Shown here: positions 10,846 through 21,248 of the stretch, one piece after another
How the letters are laid out: each line of letters begins with the position of its first letter
Position numbering within the stretch: position 1 is the stretch's first letter
Source: Daphnia carinata
Lineage: Eukaryota
Assembly: GCF_022539665.2 (NCBI RefSeq)
Contig: NC_081332.1
Coordinates: 5,084,001 to 5,148,000, forward strand
DNA: 64,000 bases
Reading direction: 5' to 3'
The notes under the pieces: generated by a model
The model's input: the letters and a program-made list of their open reading frames with translations, nothing else
What the model was told of the DNA's origin: nothing
The model's database searches: none
Position numbers and translations under genes: made by a program

Positions 10846-12718
10846 ATGTCTAGCCAAGAGTAACCTCGATTTACTCGACGACAAAAAACAATGTGTTTGT
10901 TGCAAACTAATTTGATTCTCTACAGGTTTCTCTTGACAATCCTCTTCCTAACATCGAACTGGGCTAACGGTGAATTCGTTAACGATGATGGATTCTACTT
11001 AGCAGACGATTTGTCCGATTTAGATGCCCTGCAGGCTGTTAGGTGCACTAGAATTCTAAAGTTTGAGTGTCCCTCAAAACGTACTTTAACCATTTTGAAT
11101 GAACCTGCAGACCGAGCCCCATTCAATGTCCGTCTGAGGATGTCATCGTGCAACGTTATCGCTGTCACGGTATTTTTCTTTTCGTTACCAATTTTAAATA
11201 TTAGACGCATAACAATGTTAATGTGATATTTCTAGACAAGGAAACGGACGGTTGGAAAGATTGTTTTCAACGCAGTTGTTGCCAAAATTACACGTTTATA
11301 GCCGGCCGTTGTGTAGCGGCCGATAAGGACCCCTGCACGCTGGACTTGTGCGGTAAGATCATCATCAATTTCAATGCGATTCAGCCATCATTCTTCTAAC
11401 TAAACCACGCAGAACAAAAATGTTCCGTTTTCTTCGGTCGGGTCATCTGCACCTGTTTCGCTGGTTACAAGTTCAACGCCGAGAATCAAAAGAACGGAAT
11501 ACGACCCTACTGCATCGGTACGTTAAAAAAAAAAAACCAACACGCAGTTAATTGTTGTAAACATTCGTAAAATACTTTCACGACAAATTCTTATCTCCCC
11601 CCACCTCACTAACAACAACAAACAAAAAAAAACACGGGCAGACATTGACGAATGCGACGAGGATAACGGCAGTTGTGAACAAGAATGTTTCAACACTCCC
11701 GGCTCATTCCAGTGCCGGTGTGCGAGCGGGTTCTCATTACGCGACGACGGCCGTACTTGCCAACCGGAAAGTGATACGTCTGCCGCCGCCTCTGTCGTAG
11801 ATGGCAATTCGACCGTGACGCAGGCGACAGTGATTAGCGAGTCCGTGAACGAAACAATGCTCCGCTGTCAAGCGTCTTGTGACCACGTCACTAAAATGGA
11901 ACAGAAAATGAAACGACTGGAAGAGAAAATCACAGCCATGAGCACGGCTATCAAATTATACAGCTTTGCTTCCGGACCTCCAGGCCCAGAAGGTAATCAC
12001 CGTTAAAATGTGAAATTATTAGAATATTTTGCGCCAAAACATGAGAGACGTTATTATAGGACCACCGGGACCTGAGGGGCCACCAGGACCAAGAGGGTAC
12101 AATTTAGAATTGCATTGACAGGCTAAAAAGAAATCAACATAGAATCAAAAATGAAATCATTTCGATAGGTTCCCTGGACCTAATGGAGCACCTGGAAGTC
12201 CTGGACCGATAGGACGACCGGGTAAAAATGGGATAGCCCAATCGCAGGCTTTGGAACCGGACGACCTACCTTTAGATTCGTATACACTAATCACCAGCGG
12301 ACCCAAAGATCAAGGACCACCCAGTAAATTCTGTCGTTGCAAACGAGGACCCATCGTAAAAAAATTTAATTTGATACATTTTTTTTTTCTAACCGAACCC
12401 ACGATGATTAATTTGAGTGAAATTGAAGGGACCTGCTGGGCCAGTTGGGCAGACTGGAGAGCGCGGTCTTCGTGGCGAGCCGGGAATACGAGGTGAAAAG
12501 GGCGAACCCGGCAATTTTGAACATCTTCTCATACTGCTAGCGGACATTAGATTCGATATTAAAGCACTCCAAGAAAAAGTGTTTGTCGACGAAGCGTAAG
12601 TCTCGATTACGGTTGAATTTTAACAATCTATCAAGTGCCTATTTCACTACCATTTAGACCACCTCTGATGGATCTACACGAGGCTATTCGATTGGAACTA
12701 TCAGCCATACGCCCATAA
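10846..12718 (+). CDS. CCBE1: Collagen and calcium-binding EGF domain-containing protein 1 homolog
   Basis: Spliced signal peptide [20 protein letters not shown] (66-nt intron 10860-10925); [20 protein letters not shown] domain ([20 protein letters not shown]); Ca-EGF ([27 protein letters not shown]); Gly-X-Y repeats; CRCKRGP; C-terminal [20 protein letters not shown], a CCBE1 hallmark. Confidence 0.88.
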
Positions 12719-13657
12719 CTTTGAAATGAACTCAGTAACCCATTGCATTTTGACTCATATTTTAGCCCTATAAACATCAATTGATTTTAGTTTAAAATCG
12801 TGTTAAATACATTAACCACAAAAAAAAAAATCGAAGGAATTCCGAACGATTAAAAAAAGAGAATGCTGGCTTACATTGTCTGTTTTGCAAAGCACCTCTA
12901 AATGTCCGCATGAGTTCCAAAACGACTCATAACGGATACTCGGCTTTAAATGGATATCATGACACATTTTCGAATGCCTGTTTTCTGTAAACGGTGCAAT
13001 GTATTGCAATCTTGATCTGGGGATTCCAGTTCTAAAAACCAGCTGCTTTCGCCTACGACCACTGAATATTAATTAGATAACCGGCCAGCACCGGGAGAGC
13101 AAAAAAAAAAAAGAACAAGATGCAGGCCACACGCTACATTGAAGGCGAACCAGAATATCATCAAAGTGCGACACATAAAAACTGAGATTGCGTTATCGAA
13201 TAACGATCAAATCAAGCGCGATGCACGCGCTATTTGAATGGTTAACATCTTCGTTTTTTCCCCGTGAGTACCGCACGTTTGGGTTGATTGCCTCTGTTAC
13301 TTTCTTCGCGTGCGTGTGGCAGCTAACGCGATTTCTACTATCCCCCTGTCTAATTATGATTGTCATGCAAGCAGAGAAAGGTTGCTGTGCACGTCAATAT
13401 TGATAACGCCATTTTCAACGAATTCCACGAATTGACGATCGATGAGACGAGTCAAATTGTTCGAACAGGAATCGAAAAAATTAAAAATATGTAAAAACAA
13501 CAAATATGACAAAAAGTCATTTCAAATAGCGAATGATCTCGTTAAAAAACAGGGCAGAATAACGGGTTACTTGTCACAAGTTCAATGCAAGGCGTTACAA
13601 GTCGCTAAAGTTTCAATTTTATCCAAAACATTTTGGCTTCGTTATTTCTATAAGAAA

Positions 13658-14044
13658 ATGAATTTTCTCGCTTTGATTTCCGATAAAAGAATGTTGTCAG
13701 TCGTAATTATCGCTTGTCTTATGATAATGGCACCATTGATAGGAGCCCAACTGAACAATGGGAACCCTGATCATTTAAACCAAACCAATAGCAACTCAAT
13801 CATTGCACCACAGCCGGTCAGAGGCGATCAAACGATTACGCCAACATCAGATACGAATCCGGAAATCGTAACGAAAATCTATGAAGATCAAATTGTTAGG
13901 ACTGTCATCAAAACTGTGAAAAGTTCGCTCCCATCTGCTACCGATACGGAAATCCTCATCATGCTATTATTGTGGATTTGGGGCTTCACTATGCTCAACG
14001 TCGTCATCAGCGTTTTCATGTGGATTTGCCTTGCCTGTCGTTAA
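13658..14044 (+). CDS. Small intronless protein with signal peptide and C-terminal TM helix (paralog A), unknown function
   Basis: Hydrophobic N-terminus MLSVVIIACLMIMAPLIGA and C-terminal ILIMLLLWIWGFTMLNVVISVFMWIC; clearly similar to 14854-15219. Start is ATG 13658 or 13691. Confidence 0.65.
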   Translation: MNFLALISDKRMLSVVIIACLMIMAPLIGAQLNNGNPDHLNQTNSNSIIAPQPVRGDQTITPTSDTNPEIVTKIYEDQIVRTVIKTVKSSLPSATDTEILIMLLLWIWGFTMLNVVISVFMWICLACR

Positions 14045-14853
14045 GCAATCAAATTTCAAAAGCCATTTTTAAAATGCCACTTTCATTTCTCTTCCAATTG
14101 GCCTCAGATTAAATACAAAAATGAAACTAACAAGATCTCTACGTGTGTTTTTAATCTAGCTTAAACAGCGATAGTTAAGCAACACTTTTCTTGCTAATTC
14201 ACAGCGAAAAACAAGAATTTCTAACTTTCCCTGCTCATTGTAGCTCATAAATCACATGTTAAGAAGAATTGCTAATAGCATTTCCTGCGGCTATCATTCT
14301 CAATCTCTTACGGTTTGACCATGAGAAAGGAATGCAAAGTGAGAGAACCATCTCATAAAAACTGGCCGTCTCCTTTGTCTGATGGTACGACCTTGCACAA
14401 TCAACATGAGCTGTATGGCATGCGACCTCCATTTGCGATTGGACATGGGCCTCAGTGTCAGGCAAAGGAGGCCCATCTACCATACAAAGACAAATGGTTT
14501 ACTAAGAATGGAAAGTGAATACATTTGAACGTTCACGAACGTTGAACGCGGTTCGAAAATACCGCGGCAACATAGAAACAATGGAAATAAAACATTTGCA
14601 ATTCAAAAACAAATTCAAATGCACACAAAGAGCGCGATAGGGTGCCTTGCTAGTTAACAGCGGAGAATACGACGCTTATAACTAGATAGAAGTTTCCATT
14701 TTTTTTTTAGCTACTGTTTCGTTTACTGACTGAGCAAAAATGAAGTTGTGTACTTTATTGTTTACAGCCATGATGCTGTTCGGCTGGTACGAAATTGGAT
14801 CCTTCTACTTGATTGTTTTACTCTGCGTCTCGTTTTGCCGGCAAGTGATCAAC

Positions 14854-15219
14854 ATGTTGACATTGGCAGCCACAATTGCCTTGATCCTAATCATAACAAA
14901 CTCGGTGCTTGCTGAACAGAACCACAACGACATCTATGGACTGGATCAAGTAACCATCATTGGACCACCCATTCCAGCAATGTTGAGGCGAGATCAAGCT
15001 ACAGCAGAGACGGGCGAGTCAACGATCCGGAAACAAATGGACAGAACGAAATTGTATTACTCGCTCGACGTCAAAAGAATCATTGGATGGACGAGAAGCT
15101 CAATGCCAGGCGCTACAGATATCGAACTGTCTCTCATGCTTTCCTTGTGGATCTGGGGTTTCAGCGTGTTCAACTTTATCAGCGTTTTGGTCTTATGCTT
15201 TTGGCGGAATGCCGCATAA
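14854..15219 (+). CDS. Small intronless protein with signal peptide and C-terminal TM helix (paralog B), unknown function
   Basis: MLTLAATIALILIITNSVLA signal, then SSMPGATDIELSLMLSLWIWGFSVFNFISVLVLCFW; AATAAA immediately follows the stop. An upstream in-frame ATG at 14740 is possible. Confidence 0.65.
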   Translation: MLTLAATIALILIITNSVLAEQNHNDIYGLDQVTIIGPPIPAMLRRDQATAETGESTIRKQMDRTKLYYSLDVKRIIGWTRSSMPGATDIELSLMLSLWIWGFSVFNFISVLVLCFWRNAA

Positions 15220-16199
15220 ATAAACACGAAATGTCAAAATATTTCTCGATTCAAAAGAAACTGATACGGAAATAAATAATCCTGTTACCACCAAAAAAAA
15301 AATCGCGTTTCATTTAAATAACATGGTTATCTAATCACAACAACAACCCAAAAAAACAAAGAGACTTGAAAAGAAACCTGAGACAGTGTCAAAAACAATC
15401 GCGTTTCACGCTCCATGGAAACATAACCTCAGGAAAAACAAACAAGAAGGGATGGCAGATTATGTTTGAATGTTTAACAAGATGAACATCGACGCCTTCC
15501 CCAGTTTAGTTTCCACCAACCCTCCCTAATCGACATTGCAAGGGCTTCTTGTGCCCAGCTCGAAAACTTGAATTGCTGTAACGCCGCAAACTTTTCATCG
15601 GCTGCCGGGATTCGTTTTTATCTCTCTTTATGCAACTTTACACATCCTAGCGATAAAAATGCCATTATTTGATTTCTATCTTTAAAAAAAAAAAGTAACT
15701 TTCCAACCCCACCCCATTCTCAAAATATAAACACATTTTTGTTGTCTGCTAGAATATCGGAATAAAAATGTTAAGTTCTTCAAATTCCGCGGAACTGGTG
15801 GCAATTTCAAACACTATCAACGGGGCACGTACAATAATCCTGCTTGCACCATAGAATGTAAGACACGGCTTACTTCCAAAGATAACGTATAACAGATACT
15901 TATGAAGAGTAAACATTGACGGAAGCCGTAAACCTGCACACTATTTTTACATCGTAAAAATACAACAAAAGGCGAACATCAAAGACAACAAGACCGTCTC
16001 TAGCAGCGAGAAAAAAAAAAATAAATAAAAAGCGCAGTCAGAATGACAACAATTACTTTTTACGACCATTAAGAACGGGTCATAATTTTCGAGAGGAAAA
16101 AAGAAAAACATTTTCGATAGACGGCAGACATAAAAGTCAAAGATCAGTCACGACTTATCACGCTGGGCAACGCCAAACGCATTTATCTGAATTACGTAG

Positions 16200-19100
16200 C
16201 CAAGTTAGCTGCGTGCGCGCTGCCATCCGCAATGGTTGCCTGGGTAACGACGGATAAGTGTGGATTCAACCCATTTAGTCAACGAAGCGCTCAACGTCCA
16301 CATCGATCGTCTTGTAGACACAATCGTTTTTGATCGCTACCCCCAACAGTTTAGAGATTGTGTAGCCTACTTCAAAAATCACTTACAATGTCTTTTTCAT
16401 CGTCTTCAAAACAAAATCTGGAATCGAGAGAATTCCAAGATGCTCGTAAACATCGAAACGAGCACGTCGAACAGGAAATGGATAGTCATAAAAATAGGGC
16501 ATTAAAAAATGATGGGGTTCTAAAAAAAATTGGCCAAAAAAAATGCGAGAACGGCATGTTCATGAATTGGTTAGCCGTAAAAGTGTAACCTGTTCACGGC
16601 TCACGCAGAGGCAGCAATCAATTGGACAAGGCACTCTATGAAAAACTATGAATTTTCGAAACGTTTTCCACGAAAAAGCACATCTGCTACGACGACAGAC
16701 TTTAGTAAAACAAGAGAATAAAAATCCTCATTTCAATACAGATTAAGACCGATAAGGAAATTGGACACGAGCTAACTAAAAGAGTTAAAAATAAAAAGAG
16801 CATAAGAAATGAAATGGAAATTCCTATGGATTATCGCAATCTCGCACAAGGAGCAGTTATCGATGGCAGTCTTCGGAATGACCAAAACACACAAAGAGAA
16901 AGTATTTTAAAAATAGGAATGCTGGATTAAGGTTTCAAGTCGTAAACAAATCGAAATGCATGTCGCCTACGTGCAACAGTTCGGATAGAAAATGGCTGCA
17001 TGAAAAAAGATGCAAACAAAGGTGACTGGAAACGTCAACATAAGAGTTGACATTAGACTCGTATCAACAACGACTAACGATATGGCGATCGATTTAACAT
17101 ACGCGCAGTTCTGACTGCCTTTATACGCAACACGTTTAACGCAAAGAACGTGTCTGAGTTTAAACACTAGAGACAGGTTAATAGAATTCTTTGTAAAAAG
17201 GGAGAACATCAACAAGGCAAACAACATGCGGCAAATTGCAAAAAAATCGATTTGCAAAAAGAAAACTGAACTTAATTGTTACTTTAAGACAAATCGATGA
17301 GATTCATCAAATTTTTTGAGGTGTCTAATCTGCTGTAAAAGAAACACCTCCAGTAACGATCGTGGGAAACTGCGAGAGAACAAAATTTCTCAGGGTTCAT
17401 CAAAGACAATGAAAAAAAAAATGCTTTTAAACACATAAAAAGATATGCGCCTATCGTCCCATCAATTAGAGGTGGGTAGTGCTAGCCGTACATTTCCAAG
17501 AATCATTTAAGCCTACTTAAGGCACACTTCAAACCAATTGTCTCAACAGGTATAGGAGAACACTAATTGATGGGCGCAAATACTTGTAAATGTGGGCTTT
17601 ACCCCACTTTTAAAAAGGACTTAAAAGGGAAACTCATTTGTTACTGTACAACAAGAAAAAAACTAAACTAGTGAGCTGAAAACCAGATCAACCGCCACAC
17701 ATTCATTCAAAGACGAAAATGGATATGCACTGGTAACCTTATTACATACACACCCACATTTTCAGCCGTACCGAAATGCAGGTTTTTGGGGGGCGACTTC
17801 TTCCTAATTATGTGAATTCCATTTTCGTCCAATTAATTCACAATAGAAATGAGTAATTCGTCAAAACGTTTGATATTTTTTGATTGATGGATTTTGTTAT
17901 GAGGTAATAGTACATCCATCTTTCAAATGGCTAAACGTTTCTCTTCTTTCGAACAAATTAAATGCCGTTCCATCATTTTGGCCTTTATTTCACATTTGGC
18001 GTGAAAGGAATTTCAACGCATAGAAGAAGTATAATGAGTGGATGAAACAAGGAAAAAGAAACTGGGTCATCGAAACGATCGGAAAGCAGTTAAACGAGCC
18101 ATTTCCCAAATTGCGATTGCACTCTATTTTATCAATGAGGAAAGTATGTTCAAAAAATTCTAATCAAGAACTGGCTGATAAACATTTTGAACTGCAACCT
18201 GAATACAAATTTAGACAAAATGACCAAAATGGAATCCTTGATTCGTTGTTATTCAAAACCATTCATTTCGTTTGTTTTTCTGGTCCAACTCGATTGCAAC
18301 ATTCCCGTGCCATAGATGGGGCAGGCAAGAAAACAAGCAAAACAGAACCTGATTGAAAATCAAATGAAAATCAACCAGTTCAATCTTACAAAAGAAAAAT
18401 CGACTGTAAAAGTGATAACGAACACACATCGAAACCAGATGTCAAGCGTTCAATCAAGAAGGTGGCCGTCAATCCCTTGCGACAAACATGGCCCCCTAAT
18501 GAGCACGAAGTTTCACCCAGCAATCACAGGCCAAACTTTCTAAGATATCGAACTACAGAGAAGACATCGCCAGCCACAAAGAACGGGGAAAATGCTGTCT
18601 GCCTTTACGACAAGAAAAAAAACTAAATGAACATTCGAGAGGAATAGATGACCTTTCGAAACATTCATTTTACGTTTGAAGAGAAAACTTCGTTGAAAAA
18701 CGGCGTTAAAATCTTTGCCGTTACAAGAGGTTGACTACAATCCGTCAAAAAGGCATCTGATATCATCTTTAGCAAACTTCCTTCTAGTTTAGTAACTAAA
18801 TCCCTTTCTCATTAACCGTCGAGTCGACGCCATTACGCCAAAATCCGATCCATCATTAATTAAGAATACCTTCTCTTGTTTAATCATACCTCTAACGTTT
18901 GAAATCCGATACGCAAATGTACTTACAAAGCAAACGGTTTTTGAATCCTTCATTTAACTGTTGTAAAACTTGGGAAGTTCAAGACGCCATTTTGTCTTTA
19001 TCTGTTTAGTAATCAACAAGTCATCCTGTTTCGTTTCTTCCTCTAATGCAACAGCTGCCAGTAATTGACGAGAAAGAAAGATAACATCAACTGGCATATG

Positions 19101-19850
19101 TCAGAGTTTGGAAAAAAAGAAAGGGGATGAACGCAATTTTGTTATCAAGGTCACGCCATTTTAAAAGACGAAAGAAAAAACTGTCGTGTGTTTCTTCAAG
19201 ATAACAAAGAAAAAACGAGATTCTAAACATCAACTGCTGACTTTACAGATTGATTGAATTCGCTTTACAACGTTGGGACTAAGGGATTCGACTGGCAATA
19301 TAAATGGGCGAGGCTAATAGCCGTTGGGGTTCTAAAGGAAACAAACATGTGGTCCATTAACTGTCCAAAAGCTATCTGTACAACCTTTACGACAAGCTGC
19401 GAGACGATATGGACCAACGCGTCTTGCAACAGATTCACAATTTCCTAGAAATAACAAAAACGTGTGTGGCACATCAGAAAATGTAAACATCCTTTCTGTA
19501 GGGCAATAATAAAGAAACTTGGTGGCCATTAATTAAAGAGGACTGAACCTTACTGTTGTTTCAATCGACTTTTACGAGATTTTATCTCACCGCCAGTTTT
19601 AAAAGGTAAGCAACAATGAAAATGACTATATGTTACACGGCTGTTTTGAGCACTAATAAAGTGTTATTTGTTATTTTGGTCTACCTTTTGTTGATCTAGG
19701 TGTGAAATTCGTCACCCTGATGTCTCGTTTGCCGGGAAAGACAGGAACCACACGTGTGAAACAAAGGATTCATTTGAAGATGAGTCTGATGACGACTCAC
19801 GACCTAAAATGGGTGAAGCCTTTTCTTGGTGACATCATCGAATCAAAAAC
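16200..19850 (+). mobile_element. Heavily decayed Penelope-like retroelement (RT plus GIY-YIG remnants)
   Basis: Collinear relic motifs across stops and frameshifts: THKKICAYRPI..VGSA (~17431-17485, cf. KxHK..xRPI..xGS), NEESMFKK (~18135, cf. DVESLFT), FSGPTRLQHS..MG (~18277-18321, cf. FNG..YxQ..G..MG), NIHFTFEE (~18660, cf. NIQFTxE), YNVGTKGFDWQY (~19266, weak GIY-YIG-like) and SENVNILS (~19474). Hammerhead-like relics lie at the 3' end. The YxDD motif was not recognised and boundaries are approximate. Confidence 0.55.
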
Positions 19851-21248
19851 ATTCGACAAAAAATAATATAGACTATACATTATTTTAATGATCTTATTTT
19901 TTTTTGTAAGAGCTTTTTGCCAAACGAATTTTTAAAATATTAATTAATTAATTAAGACTTTTAAGTAATTAATTAAAAATTTTAAGTATCGATACATTTG
20001 CTGTCAACGAGAACTTTCTTTAATCGAACATATTAAAATCTATTTATCATCGTTTCATTTTGTCATCGTAATTTAAAAATCCAGTGGGAGATTGAATCTT
20101 TGTTTCGCTAACATTGTTAATCTTTTTATTTACAGATGGAATCAAGACGAAATTGGAAACCTGCTTCCATTTTCCTTGTTGTAGCTGTCATCTTGGCTGT
20201 AGCCTAGAAACTCTCGGCTGCACTGATTAGAGGATCAGTGTCCCAGTTAATAGCCCCGTAAATCACAGTGGAAAGCCAATAAAAAGTGATCATTAAAATA
20301 AACACGACTCCCTAAGCTCCAGCACGCTCGTAAATAAACAAACATGGCCCCCAAAGTGGCTATAAAAATGTTCCAAGCCATCCACCAAACTCGGAATATA
20401 TTCCTTATTCCGAGTGTAGGTACCACTGTACTTACGTAGCCTGTTATAGTACGTGATTATTACGAGTCGGAAGACGTAGGCAAAGTCGCATGCAAGTCTG
20501 ATCGGCATTTTACGACGTGTGTTACTCAGCTATTTTGGAACGTTTTAAGAGACTAAAAGAGTCGCCTATGTGATGACGTAAAACCAAAGAAAAGGGAAAA
20601 ATAGAAATAAAAAAGGGCGTCTGGCAATCCTGGCATAGAAATATTGTTCGAGGCTTAAAAAATATAAGGAAACAGAAACCAAATGTTGGCGTATAATGAG
20701 GAGGGTTGCATACACTGAGAGGCAGCTGGACTGCTTTGCCCATTAACCCCGGCTCGCATGCGTCACGCTAGCCTTGTCAACATACACAACATCCCCTGGT
20801 GAGAGCGCGCGCGCGCGCTCATACAGAACAGAACACATAAATAACAGTCGTCGACTCATTTCAGAAAAGATTTCCCAAAAGGAAGGGGGGAGGCGTACAA
20901 GGGAAAAAAAACACAGCTGATCGATCACTCGGCAACAGATGGGCAGATCGTGATTTAATACAGCCCGTGTTGCTGCTGTCCTTGTCGACAGTTCGGACCA
21001 GTCGAAGATGACGGATGTGTTTGTTTTCCTCAAACAAACGCAGGTCAAAAGGGCGCAACAAGAGTCTAGAAACTAACAACAAAAAAAAACGGTAAAGTAT
21101 ATTGTTTCCTAAAGGAACAAGAAAAAAAAAAATAGCCAAAAAACGTGATAATATAACAGCTGCATTCAGAAACAAAAATAATATCATTGTTTTGGACGGA
21201 ATTGCAATGAAGCGTATACGTAAGAATGAGTATTTAGCAGGGCCTTAT

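Noticed and set aside
13442..13657. Upstream extension of the 200-aa ORF
   Set aside because: Lys-rich, with no counterpart in paralog B, and it would bury the signal peptide; the later ATG is preferred.
14259..14518. Short ORFs between the two membrane-protein paralogs
   Set aside because: No similarity to the paralogs or to any motif I recognise.
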